DNA of 64,000 nt from contig OZ024746.1 in assembly GCA_964016885.1 (NCBI GenBank), positions 30,690,001-30,754,000 of the forward strand, in the 5' to 3' direction. Position 1 is the stretch's first letter, and every line of letters starts with the position of its first letter. A model generated the notes under the pieces. It was not told where the DNA came from. It saw only the letters and a program-made list of their open reading frames with translations, and did not search any database. Shown piece by piece: positions 1 to 13,330 of this stretch. The translations under genes were made by a program, and so were the position numbers. Source of the stretch: Eledone cirrhosa. Lineage: Eukaryota.

Positions 1-417
1 TTTACATTACTCTATATATACTTATATTTTCATGGCAAAGGCTTTATCTCACATAATTATCTCATATAATATCGAATCTATGAGATTTTGAAAGTATTTA
101 TTTTGAGAACAATACTATAACATCAGTTTGAGTGGCCTGTTACAACCAGTTTGAACAGAAAGAGGTAGAGATTTCTGGCCGGTTTTGGCCAGTTTGAACA
201 TTAGCATTTACATTATTCTATATTTACTATTGTATTTTCACAGTAAAGGCTGAATCTCATAATTATCTCACATAGTATCAAATCTATAAGATTTTGATAT
301 TTTTTTATTTTGAGAACAATACTTTATCATCAGTATGAGTGGCTAGTTACGGCTGGTTTGAACAGAAAGAAGTGAGAGAATTCTGGCCAGATATGGTCAG
401 TTTAAATGCTTAAAGGG
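1..417. mobile_element. piggyBac-type MITE family A, two tandem partial units
   Basis: Two related ~205-bp units ending TAAATGCTTAAAGGG|TTAA; homologous to the complete copy at 16039-16259. Confidence 0.6.
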
Positions 418-529
418 TTAAACCATAGATTGACTGAATCAGGAATGACCTCAGCCTAAACAACAACAACAAAGGACTAACAGAATCAACACTGAAGATA
501 TTGGAATAATAAAAGATATTGAAAATTAC

Positions 530-776
530 CGAAGTATTCAGTTCCTTCATAGACATCTAGCACCATTTTAGGGTATATTTCAATCATGATATGTGCTATC
601 TGTATGTGGGCAGGAGTATTTAGAAGAAAACATGTGTGTAAGGCCGTCTCTCCCATAGGGCCACGGTTTTTCAAGCTCCAACAAGCTTCATGTTCAGTAA
701 ATTTCTGATATTTATCTTCATGGTATTCTGACAGAAGTTCTTCATCAGTTTTTAAGGGTGTTGCCTTATTGGTGTC
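530..776 (-). CDS. iav: TRPV channel (Inactive/OSM-9 type), coding exon 2: start of the ankyrin-repeat region; gene continues beyond the window start
   Basis: Peptide DTNKATP...KFTEHEACWSLKNRGPMGETALHTCFLL...YPKMVLDVYEGTEYFG resembles, from recall, the invertebrate TRPV motifs ACW..RG..GE..LH and LDV.EG.EY.G. Acceptor AG at 778-777 (phase 0, matching the upstream exon); donor G|GTAATT at 529-528 (phase 1). The iav versus nan assignment needs a phylogeny. Confidence 0.88.
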
Positions 777-845
777 CTTCATTAATGGAGAAAGGTTATA
801 AGGAAGATATAAGACAATATTAACAACCTCTGGTTCCATGTCCTC

Positions 846-1830
846 ACCACCTCCACTACAAACACCAGCACCAACACAATCACAATACCACCACAAACAG
901 CAACACTACTATCACAAACACCCATACCACCACCAACAACAACAACACTACCACCAACAACAACACTACTACCACCACCACCACCACAAACATGATCACC
1001 ACCACCACCATCGCCATCACCACCAACACCACCAACACCATCACCATCACCATCACCATCACCATCACCATCACCACCAACATCACCATCACCACCAACA
1101 CCACCACTAACATCACCATCTCCATCACCACCACCACCACAATCACCATCACTACCAACACCACCACCAACACCATCACCACCATCACCATCACCATTAC
1201 ACCACACCATCACTACCACCACCACCATCACCATTACACCACCACCATCACCATCACCACCACCACCATCACCACCACACAACACCATTATCATTACCAC
1301 TTTCAACAACAACACCATCACCACCACCACCACCATCACCATCACCATTACACCACCACCATCACCACCACCACCACCACCATTACACCACCACCACCAC
1401 CACCACCACCACACAACACCATCATCATTACCACTTTCAACAACAACACCATCACCACCACCACCACCATCACCATCACCATTACACCACCACCACCATC
1501 ACCATCACCACCAACACCAACACTAACATCCACCATCTCCATCACCACCACCATCACCACCACCACAATCACCAACACCAACACCACCATCTCCATCACC
1601 ACCACCACCACACTCACCATCACCACCAACACTACCACCAACACCACCATCACCACCACCACCACCACACAACACCATCATCATTACCACTTTCAACAAC
1701 AACACCATCAACAACACCATCATCATCGTCATCGTCGTCATCGTCATTCTCATCCTCCTCCTCACCATGTCATCGACATCATCATCATCACCATTATCAT
1801 TGTCATTGTTATCATCATCATCACCATCAT
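846..1830. repeat. (CAC/CAT/CAA)n trinucleotide low-complexity tract in the TRPV intron
   Basis: Direct inspection; it generates the spurious poly-His/Thr/Val ORFs. Confidence 0.95.
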
Positions 1831-1840
1831 TAATATATAT

Positions 1841-2041
1841 AGGGCGGTGGATTGGCAGCATCGGTAGAGGGTCGGACACCATGCTTTTGCAGCAAAGAGT
1901 TACGGCCCTTTATAGTCTGAGTTCAAATCCTGCCGAGGTTAACTTTGCCTTTCATCCTTACGGGGTCGATAAAATAAAGTACCAGTAATACACTGGGATA
2001 ATTGCTGGCCTTGTGCCAAAAGTAGAAACAATTATTATTAA
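1841..2041 (+). mobile_element. tRNA-derived SINE family 1 with (ATT)n tail
   Basis: A-box-like TGGCAGCATCGG, B-box GAGTTCAAATCC, conserved body GCCGAGGTTAACTTTGCCTTTCATCCTTACGGGGTCGATAAAATAAAGTACC. Other copies: 3749-3868(-), 6878-6978(+), 15346-15537(+), 21292-21492(+), 30589-30709(+), 31395-31501(-), 33570-33770(-), 36427-36545(-), 54245-54740(+), 57237-57425(-). Confidence 0.85.
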
Positions 2042-3273
2042 TACTAGCAGAAAACCACCCTTGGGTAGTTTTCTGCTAGCATGTGTAGTGTGTATATTGA
2101 TATTATACACAAGTATATATACATGTAGATATACATCAAATAAAATCGTAATTAACAATATAAACAGAAATTGAAAGGAGACTGTGTTACACTGTCTTAT
2201 GTAATCAGTAACGTAATCCATGATACATTAAAAAAAAGACGATATTATATATAAACTGCATTAGGAGAAAATTAGTAACAGAAAATAAGTATGTTTATTT
2301 AAGTGATCGCCACCAGAAGTGTTGACATCACACACTCTCTTTCTATATATATGGTAGTTGAAGTGGTGGTGGTGGCAACGATATACCGGAAGTGCAACTT
2401 TGAAAAGAAGTCAATTTTAAATTATTTATTTTTACAAAATTATTTTTGTTTACGAAATTTAGTAGATAAATTATGTAATATGTAAATTATGTAATATGAT
2501 AAATTATGTAATATGTAAATTATGTAATATTCATTCATTATTTATTCAAAGTAATCCAACTTATTTTACTAACGGGATAAAAAAAAAATAAACCGTATGC
2601 AGCCCCGCAGACCTTCCTTTATTATAGTTAAGATAAATCAATAACTATTTGTTATTTGAGATATAGACATTAATCAGTTTAATGTGTGTCACATTACATG
2701 TTTTGTTACTGCTGACAAATATTAGACAGTTAATGTACCTGGCTTTATTAAGGTTAACAGTGTAAATAACAAGGCTTTTACTCACACTTTTTAATTAGAC
2801 TTGTTAATTGAGGAACCATTAGTCTTTTATTGGTATTTCTATTAAATGGAGAGCAGGACAGGTTTTGTTTTTTCTGTTAATTGCTCATACATTCCATTTT
2901 TGGCATGGTTTCTACAGCTGGATGTTTCCTAATACCAATCACTTAACAGAGTGTATTAGATACATTTTATCGTGGCACCAACACTAGGGAAGTGTTCTCA
3001 ACCCTTTGTTTGGCATGGTGCACTTCCTAACACCAACCACTTTACAGAGTGTACTGGATGTATTTTATCCTGACACCAGCACTAGAGCATTTTTCATGTT
3101 CTTAACACAACCGAAGAGTCTTCTCTGCCATTTTTTGGCATGGTTTTTGGCATGGTTTGTAGGGCTGGATACCCTTACTAACAGCAGCTCCTTTACAGAG
3201 TGTACTGGGAGCACTAGAGCAGTTATTATGTCCTTAACATGACTGAAAGTATCTAGAAATGTGCTATACATAC

Positions 3274-3549
3274 CGACATTTTCATTTGATTTTGGTAGCG
3301 CCATCGAAGATACTCAGTTTTGCTGATGATTGCTCCCTTGCCTCGGTTATAAAGTAAAGGTTCCACATGTTCTTTGAGGGCTTGGATCAACCTTTCTCTC
3401 CCTCCTTTGTTGTAGGCTTCCACAAGTTTTCCGCCATTGTTAAAGTTTACTAAGGTGTATAATGGATGATTTGGAAGTTCTCGATTCTGCAGTTTCCAAG
3501 CAGCCACCGGATCATTAATTCGGCTGCTACGATGAAAAATGTTTCCCAT
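3274..3549 (-). CDS. iav: TRPV channel (Inactive/OSM-9 type), first coding exon (92 codons); 5'UTR portion extends to an acceptor at about 3630
   Basis: MGNIFH...LYTLVNFNNGGKLVEAY...LLYNRGKGAIISKTEYLRWRY matches the recalled Iav/Nan/OSM-9 N-terminal pattern (LY..V...GG.L; YN.GKG..I...E.LRW.Y). Donor TCG|GTATGT at 3273-3272; acceptor TGTATTTCAG| at 3632-3631. Confidence 0.88.
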
Positions 3550-3706
3550 CTTTGAAGATTTAATTTAAATGGTAAAATCCATTGGAGATAAGAAGAGCAG
3601 TGTTTCATAAAAATTGGGCAGTGAACTTTCCTGAAATACAGAAAATATCTATATCTACAATTTGATTAATATCTACTATACTGCAGCTGCAACTTCCATT
3701 CATACC

Positions 3707-3752
<46 letters not shown>

Positions 3753-4621
3753 GTTTCTACTTTGGGCACAAGGCCAGCAATTATCCCAGTGTATTATTGG
3801 TACTTTATTTTATCGACCCTGTAAGGATGAAAGGCAAAGTTAACCTCGGCGGGATTTGAACTCAGATCATATATATATATAATGTAGATTCCTGAGTTCT
3901 GTCAAGGGGTAACCACAGTTTAAAAAGGCACTAAATAGAAATTACTTCTACAGCACTAGAACTGTTTCATTCATATGAAATCATCTAATTGCTGGATGCC
4001 CTTCATATCATAAACCACTTTACCGTGTTTATTGAGTGCTTTTATCATGTATACCACTAACACTAGAGAAGTTGTCATGACTTTGATACAACTAAAAACT
4101 CTTCTTGATCCTTTGTTTGGTAGGTCTTCTTACAGCTAAATTCCATTCCAATCACCAACCAGTTTACAGAAGGTACTATATGCATTTATCATGTAGATCA
4201 CCAACTCTAGGGAGGTTGTCATGTCTATGGAACAACTGACCATGAACTGACCTCTGTTTCACAGCAATTCACAAAAGAAAGTAGCTGATCATCAGATTGA
4301 ATTAAGAACACTGTTTCATTTTGTCTTTCCATTTCTGATACTATCTGTCTGGCTCATCTCCAAACAGAAGGAGGCAGGATTTGAACTCAGAACTCAAAGA
4401 ACTAAATCAGATACTGCAAAGTATTTACCCCCACTCCTTTAAAAAATCCACCAATCCCTTTCTCCTGTTAGACTGGTACTTCATTTTTTCAACACTGAAC
4501 AGATAAAAGGGAAAGTTGACCCTGCTGGGATTTGAACTCAGAGTGCAGAAAGCCAGAATTAATAGTAAGGCATTTAACACAACACTCTAACAATTCTGCC
4601 AATTTGCTGCAAAATTTGACA

Positions 4622-4760
4622 ATTACATTGCTGGCCAGGAGCTTACAACACTTCATAGAGTTGTGTATTACATTGCTGGCCAGGAGTTTACAACACTTTG
4701 CAGAGTTGTGTATTACATTGCTGGCTAGGAGTTTATGACTGTTTTTACAACACTTCATAC
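4622..4760. repeat. 45-bp tandem repeat, about 3 copies
   Basis: ATTACATTGCTGGCCAGGAG.TTACAACACTT..AGAGTTGTGT repeated. Confidence 0.85.
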
Positions 4761-5404
4761 AGCTGACTATTTCACTATTCTACATAACACTTGGATCAGT
4801 GCCTTGTTAAAAATCAATCAGAAGAAACCTCAATAAACCTTACTTGATTAACCAGAGATTTGATTAAAAATGTAAAAGTTAGACACTCCTGAAAATCTCT
4901 GTGTGCCAAGAAAAGACAGGTTTCAGATGATGTGTTTAGCAGGAGAATGATGAGGTTGCCAACACTTTGTTGCTCCTACACCATAGATATTCTTTTCTTG
5001 ACAACCACCTCAATAAACAAACCATCAATCCATGAATAATAAACCAGAAGGACAATATAAAAGTTAAGTGTAAATAGTTATATAAAGTGTTTCATAATAC
5101 CTACATAGTTACAAATGTTAGCATAATATATTGCTATTATACAAAGATACATTATTTATATACATGTATTTTATTTTATTTTATATTTTATATAGGTTTA
5201 ACTATGATAATTATTTAGGTTTAGGTCAGTGGCTTTGCTTACTGTTTAGTCTGTAATGACATGTCCAGCCCTTGTTAACAGGGAAAATGGATGCTAAACA
5301 ATAATGCGGAGGGGGAAGTTACAACAAAACATCTCTTCCAATGCTCTAACCATTCCCCCAGTCCACCTCTTTAGGTTAGTATTTATTGACCTGTGAAAAG
5401 GTGG

Positions 5405-6030
5405 AAAGCAATGTCTGTGGTAACTACACACACAGACCTTCAGCATATAAAGTCTGGGGTAACTACACACACTGACCCTCAGAAGACAATGTCTGGAGTA
5501 ATGACACACACAGACCCGCAGACAATTCTATCTGTGGTAACAACACATACTGGCCTTCAGAAAGCAATATCTGGAGTAACGACACACACAGACCCTCAGA
5601 AGACAATGTCTGGGGTAACTACACATACAGACCCTCAGACAACTATATCTGGGGTAACAACACAAACAGACCCTCAGACAACTATATCTGGAGTAACAAC
5701 ACACCAGATCCTCAGAAGACAATACCTGGGGTAACTACAGGCACAGACCCTCAGGCAACTATATCTGGAGTAACAACACACCAGATCCTCAGAAGACAAT
5801 ATCTGGGGTAACAACACACACAGACCCTCAGACAACTATATCTGGAGTAACAACACACACAAACCCTCAGAAGACAATGTCTGGGGTAACTACAGGCACA
5901 GACCCTCAGACAACTATATCTGGAGTAACAACACACCAGATCCTAGAAGACATTGTCTGGGGTAACTACAGGCACAGACTTTCAGAAAACAATGTTTGGG
6001 AAAATTAGACACAGACATGCAGAAGACATG
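5405..6030. repeat. ~36-bp minisatellite, about 17 copies
   Basis: Unit like TCTGGGGTAACTACACACACAGACCCTCAGAAGACAATG, with indels between copies. Confidence 0.9.
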
Positions 6031-6764
6031 TCTTAATTCATCTTATTGAAGCATTTAGTTACTGAAAGTGCTCTACAACTAATTCAGAATTAGTTGGGCC
6101 TATGACTAATGTCTATGTGAAATAAATAAATATATATACCTTACAGCAAACTTTCCAGTACATCTAGATGTCTCTGTGACTACACACTTGTTCAGCCAGT
6201 TTAGAAAGGGACAAGTTCCCATGAATCCTTGCTATAAACAGCAGTCAGCCACAAGGGGAGTGGGTTTACATATAAACCAACCAGGATGTAGAAAATGGAA
6301 TGAAGTGTATTTGTCTGTTGATATACAACAGAAAATATTCCTGCCTTGCTGTGGTAGTGAAAATACCTCCAGAGTGTTCTATAAGGAAAGATATTAAGTT
6401 AGAAGACTTAAGATATCTAGGAGAAATTTATGATGATGATGATGATGATGATGCTGATGAGGATGATGGTGATGATGATGGTGATAATGATGATGATGAT
6501 GGTGAGGAGGAGGAGGAGAAGGAGGATAGTAATATACATAACAAAGGTGATGCTAAAGGAAAAAGCAACTACAGAGGCATTAACTAGATGAGCCATCATC
6601 ATCATCATCATCATTATCATCATCATTGTTTTACAATGGCATTGGTTAGATAGGTTATCACAAATGGGTTGAGGCAACCTTATCTTGTGCATATGTCCAT
6701 ATTTGGCAAGGTTTCTACAGCTGGATACTCTTCCAAATGCCAACCACCTTACAGTGTGTACTAG

Positions 6765-7450
6765 TTAACCCTTTCATTACCATATTTCTAATGAAAGACA
6801 CTGTCTATGTCATTAACCTTTCCATTACCATCTTTCAAAAGAGAGACATTATCTAAGTCATTAACTCTTCATTATTAGGTTAACTTTGCCTTTCATCCTT
6901 ACGGGGTCGATAAAATAAAGTACCAGTAATGCACTGGGTAATTGCTGGCCTTGTGCCAAAAGTAGAAACAATTATTATATTCCTAATGAAAGACACTGGC
7001 TGTGTGATTAACCCTTTCATTATCATATTTCTAATGAAAGACATTGCCTATTCATTAACCCTTTCTTACCATATTTTTAATGAAAGACACAGCCTAAGTC
7101 ATTAACCCTTTCGTTACCATATTTCTAATGAAAGACGTGGCCTATGTCTTTGACCCTTTTATTACCATATTTCTAATGAAAAACACTACCTATGTCATTA
7201 ACCATTTTCTTAATATATTTCAAATGAAAGACACAGCATATGTCTTTAACCCTTTTACTACCATATTTCTAAAAAGTATTTTGAAAATGATCAAGAACTT
7301 TAGTAATATAACATTCTCATTGAGTTAGTATTTGGAATATAACAAAGATTCTTACATAGAATGATGATGGAAAGATTTTTGATAAATATAAACACTAAAA
7401 AAAAAAATCAGCTTAGAACCAGATCTATTTTAAATATGAAATGGGTTACC
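6765..7450 (+). mobile_element. piggyBac-type MITE family B with its left terminus tandemly amplified (~48-bp units)
   Basis: Repeated TTAACCCTTTCATTACCATATTTCTAATGAAAGACACTG.CTATGTCA, then the MITE body. Related copies at about 14280-14633, 48480-49105, 52017-52317, 53240-53705, 56714-56960 and 57522-57778. Confidence 0.6.
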
Positions 7451-7867
7451 CCTTTAGCATTTAAACCACCTGTATCTGGCCAGAATTCTCTCACCTATCT
7501 CCGTTCAAACCAGCCATAACTGGCCACTCATACTGATGTTACAGTATTGTTTTCAAAATAAATAATATCAAGACAATATTGGAACAGTATTTCTTTAATA
7601 GTTATACAACACATGGTTTGTGAGTTCAGGTTTGAAATAGAGGAATAAGTCAAGCGTAGAATATAATAGGTTTCAATTTACAACATCAAAGCATTGCTTA
7701 CATAAATGATTATGAAAATGTATCTACATATATTCATGTATTACAAAATTGACTGAATAATTTATATTATAGAAAAGGTGTTATCAGTATAATTAACCTG
7801 TCAGACATAGATAATTCAATGTTGACTAGAACATGTCTCAAATTAAGACTAACTGAATCATACATAT

Positions 7868-8143
7868 ATCATCATCATCATCATCATTTCATTTTACGTC
7901 CACTTTTCCCTGCTTGCAAGGGTGGGACGGGAACTGATTCTGGCTTGATTTCTACAGCTGGATGCCCTTCCTAACACCAACCTCATTTACAGTGAGTGCT
8001 GGGTGCTTTTTTGCCGTGGCACCTCCACGACCACTTTGCAGTGGAATGATAGGGACCCCAGTCCCTATCATCTCATTTCTACAGCTGAGTAAACTGGAGC
8101 AATGTGGAATAAAGTGTCTTGCTCAAGGAAACAACACATCACC
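7868..8143 (-). mobile_element. tRNA-derived SINE family 2 (RTE-type 3' end), 5'-truncated
   Basis: Matches the full copies at 50008-50371(+), 39647-39998(-), 34785-35105(-) and 17335-17672(-). Confidence 0.85.
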
Positions 8144-8221
8144 ATATATATACATAAATATATGTATATACATATATATATGTATACACACACACATATA
8201 TATATATACACACACACACAC

Positions 8222-8263
<42 letters not shown>

Positions 8264-8282
8264 TTATATATATATATTTGCG

Positions 8283-11017
8283 TAAACACAAAAGCCTTCC
8301 CTCGTAAACACAAAAGCCTTCCCTCGTAAACACAAAAGCCTTCCCTAGTGAGGAATGTACATCCCAACATAGCTTAGTTGTCAGCGACCTCACGGTCAGA
8401 ACTAGACGAACCTGGAAACAGAGGCCAACCTGGAGAAGAAAGATCTGGAAGCTGAAAGTCCCCTCAACCAGTAACAGATTTAAAGATATTTTACTCAATG
8501 CCTACGACAGTAGAGAAGAACAGATAGAGACATTCAATGTAGAAGAGAACTGGGAGTTCCTAAAAAATAATTTACTAGAGGCGACGGATGAGGTCTCTGG
8601 CTGGAGTAAGACCTCAAGCAGGAGGAGAGTGACTTGGTGGTGGAACAATAAAGTAGATGAAGCAGTTAAGGCCAAGAGACAGGCATGGAAAGAATGGAAG
8701 AACGGGGGGAGCAGGGTACATTACATAGAGACCAAGAGGGAAGCTAGGCGACAAGTATACTTAGCTAGGAGGGAAGCAGAGGATAGAAAATTCAAGCATG
8801 TTTTGCAACGTGAGGACCAGAAACAGGAGGTATTCAAGATTGCGAGGCAGTGTGTCAGAGATAGTTGTGATGTCATTGGAGAGAAGTGTATCCGGAATGA
8901 TAAAGGTGAGCTTGCCCTCACAAGTGCTGAGAAGAAAGATGCATGGAAGAGTCATTATGATAGATTACTAAATGAGGAGAATGCATGGGAAGAAGAGACC
9001 CTACCCCAAGTAGACCCTATAGAGGGGCCAGCAGTACAAGTCAGCAGCAACGTAGTAAGTAAGGCAATCAAAGATATGAAGATGGGGAAGGCAACCGGTC
9101 CATCGGGTATAGCAGCCGAGATGCTGAAGGCATCTGGGTCTGTAGGTCACACTATAACCACACGTATTGTTAACCAGGTAATACTAGAAGGTGTCATACC
9201 AAAAGATTGGTGCAGTAGCAACATTGTCAACTGCTACAAAGGTAAAGGCGATGCACTAGATAGAGGAAACTATAGAGGTATAAAGTTGATGGACCAGGTC
9301 ATGAAAGTAACAGAAAGAGTTATAGCACAGTTGATTAGGGACCGGGTGAAAATAGACGAGATGCAATTTGGGTTTGTACCAGGAAGAGGCACCACTGATG
9401 CTCTCTTCCTTGTGAGGCAGTTACAGGAAAAGTACCTAGCTAAAAGTAAGCCACTCTACTTGGCATTTGTCGACCTTGAGAAAGCCTTCAACAGAGTGCC
9501 TAGTGCTGTAATCTGGTGGGCTCTTAGAAAACTAGGAGTAGATGAATGGCTTGTGAAAGCGGTACAAGCCATGTATAGGGGAGCAGTCAGCAAAGTTAGG
9601 ATTAGCAATGAGTATAGCGAGGAATTTAGCGTACAGGTTGGGGTCCACCAGGGCTCTGTTCTTTGCCCCCTCCTGTTCATCATAGTCCTGCAGGCAATAA
9701 CGGAGGAGTTTAAGACCGGATGCCCATGGGAACTCCTGTATGCTGATGACCTCGCACTCATAGCTGAATCTATGGTAGAACTAGAGAATAAATTCCAAAC
9801 TTGGAGGCAGGGACTAGAAAGAAAGGGTCTCAAAGTCAACATGACAAAGACTAAGGTCCTTGTAAGTAGACGAGAAAACAGAACCCTGATCCCCTCAGGG
9901 AAATGGCCTTGCTCAGTATGTAGGAAAGGTGTAGGTAGGAACTCCATTCTCTGCCCCAAATGAAAAACAATGGGTACACAAGAGATGTAGCGGGATCTCA
10001 AGAAGCTTAATTAAGAATGTAGGCTTCACATGCAGCAGCTGTGCTGGGACAGCAAGCAGCTAACAGCCACAGGAAACAAGTACCACCAATCTCTGGGAGG
10101 GCTCTGTACAAAACAGTAGAGAGCTTCTGCTACCTAGGTGACCGAATTAGCAGCGGAGGTGGGTGTTCAGAAAGTACAATAACTAGGGTAAGAATGGGAT
10201 GGAAGAAGTTTAGGGAACTACTACCACTGCTAGCTGCAAAAGGCTTCTCCCTCAGAATGAAAGGCAGACTGTATGATGCGTGTATCCGAACAGCAATGTT
10301 GCATGGTAGTGAGACCTGGGCACTGAAGGTGGAAGACTTACGTAGATTAGAGAGAAACGAAGCCTGCATGCTCCGATGGATGTGTAACAGTAATATACGT
10401 GAACGACAAAGCATAAATGAATTAAGACTGAGCATAAGAGGAATCAAATAAGAGGAATCAAATGCTGTGTGCAGGAGAGGCGGTTGTGCTGGTATGGACA
10501 TGTGATGCGTATGAAGGATGACAGCTGCATAAAAAGGTGCAGAGCACTAGAAGCTGATGGAAACCGCGGAGTGGGGAGACCCAAGATGACCTGGGATGAG
10601 GTGATAAAAGCCGACCTTACCCAATTACACCTCTCAAAGGCAATGACACACGACCGTGACCTCTGGCACCACGCAGTAATACAGAGTACCCGACCTCCCA
10701 TGGGTACAAGCTGAAGCATATAGACAATATCCCCCCCCCCCCCCCCACACCGCAAGGTGATCGTGGAGGTGCCACGGCAAAAAAGCACCCAGCCCACACT
10801 GTAAAGTGGACGTGTAGGCGCCACGAAAAAGCACCCAGCACTCACTGTAAATGAGGTTGGTGTTAGGAAGGGCATCCAGCTGTAGAAATCAAGCCAAATC
10901 AGTTCCTGTATGAGCAAGGCATGGTCAGCCGACCAGACACTGCCCACAACAGGACAACCCGTCTAACCCATGCTAGCGTGGAAGAACGGACGTAAAACGG
11001 TGATGATGATGATGATG
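8283..11017 (+). mobile_element. RTE-clade LINE, 5'-truncated and decayed (end of APE endonuclease, RT, 3'UTR, (GAT)n tail)
   Basis: ORF 8629-9963 contains NYRGIKL, QFGF, FVDLEKAF, GVHQGSVL and LLYADDL. Stops and frameshifts follow; the C-terminus has WYGHVMR..GRP..TW. Confidence 0.93.
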
Positions 11018-11209
11018 ATATATACACACACACACATAAATATATATATACACACACACACATATATATATATATATACACACACACACATATATATATA
11101 TATATACACACATATATACACACACTCACACATATATATATATACACACACACACATATATATATATATATACACACATATATACACACACTCACACATA
11201 TATATATAT

Positions 11210-11243
<34 letters not shown>

Positions 11244-11752
11244 CATCATCATCATCATCATCATCGTTTAACGCCTATCTTCCATGCTAGCATGGGTTAC
11301 ATGGGAATTGTCCCACTTGAGGCAAGATTGGTCGGGTAACCGTGTCTTGTATAGGTTTTCTACGGCTGGATGCCCTTCCTAACACCTAACACATTTGACC
11401 TGGCATTGACCACAACAGGACAACCCATCTAACCCATGCTAGCATGGAAGAATGGACGTAAAACAGTGATGATGATATAAAGACTCATTTCTTGTTATTT
11501 CAAGCATTAAACTAATATATTTCTTCACTGTACTGTGTTGTTTGCTTTGTAATTTCTATCTACTTTTTACATACATACCTATACATACATATAGTAGCCA
11601 TTAGCATGTCTGGAAATTGAAGTTACACCTCTTATTTTCACCTCCCATGCATGCTAATGCCCCCTTTTTTCCGTTATGGGGGTTTATATGTTCTAATATT
11701 AGATTATTTTCTGTAATCAATATACCGTGAAAGGTATTTCTATTTTCAATAC

Positions 11753-11786
<34 letters not shown>

Positions 11787-11794
11787 GTATGTAT

Positions 11795-12456
<662 letters not shown>

Positions 12457-12460
12457 TATA

Positions 12461-12608
12461 TAGGAAAAAAGTCAAGACCCTGATGGCTGAGCTCAGGCCG
12501 TTTTGACAGCTAGAGTCCTGACTCTTTTCCTATTACCCACTCTACTTCCCTAAGTATCGAGTACTCTGGTGCGTTATGGTCCACCTGGTATCTTACCACA
12601 CCTTCTTT
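12461..12608. mobile_element. TA-anchored fold-back element, family B (inverted TAGGAAAA...TTTTCCTA plus one-sided tail)
   Basis: Homologous to 26671-26890, 43160-43232 and 43710-43785. Confidence 0.55.
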
Positions 12609-12640
12609 CATCATCATCATCATCATCATATATATATATA

Positions 12641-12676
<36 letters not shown>

Positions 12677-12775
12677 GAATTAGTTCCTCAACAGTTAGTT
12701 CACCATACCGAGAACAATTGTTTCACCTTATGCGGATCATCATCATCGTTTAACATCCCTTTTCCATGCCAGCAT

Positions 12776-12815
<40 letters not shown>

Positions 12816-12867
12816 GTTTATATACAATAAACATACGGGAGCTACTACCAATATATATATATATTCA

Positions 12868-13330
12868 CACACACTTACACCTCTCCAAGACAATGTCACT
12901 GGTCCGAGATCTTTGGCGCTACACAGTTATACAGAAGACCCGCCTTGCCTAAGTACAAAGCGAAACCTACAGTCAGTAGGCACCTCTAACAAAATACACC
13001 CTCGTCCCACTACTCCCACCTCATCCACACCACCCCCTTAAATGTGAAGTTATGTTGGTACCACAACATCCAGTCCGAAACAAATGAGGTCGTGTAGGTG
13101 TCACGACAAAAAAACACACAGTCCACGCTGTAATGTGACCGTGTAGGTAACACGGTAAAAACCTCCCAGTCCACACTGTAAACGTGGTTGGTGTTAGGAA
13201 GGGCATCCAGCCGTAGAAAACCCACTAGACAGTCCTATACGAGCAGGACAACCAATGGGAAAACTCCCGTCCAAACCCATGCAAGTGTGGAAGATGGACG
13301 TTAAACGATGATGATGATGATGATGATGAT
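12868..13330 (+). mobile_element. RTE LINE 3' fragment
   Basis: LHLSKTMSL.RDLWRY C-terminus, RTE 3'UTR and (GAT)n tail, as at 61700-62188. Confidence 0.85.

Noticed and set aside
777-896. N-terminal extension of ORF 486-896
   Set aside because: Lies upstream of the splice acceptor at 778-777 and runs into the microsatellite; intronic read-through.
782-1882. Long poly-His/Thr/Gly/Val ORFs
   Set aside because: Translations of a CAC/CAT microsatellite inside the TRPV intron.
5393-5734. Mucin-like repetitive ORF
   Set aside because: 36-bp minisatellite with frame-breaking indels and no splice support.
6300-6587. Acidic poly-Asp/Glu ORF
   Set aside because: A (GAT)n tract joined to a tiny RTE RT scrap (KGDA...NYRGI); not a gene.
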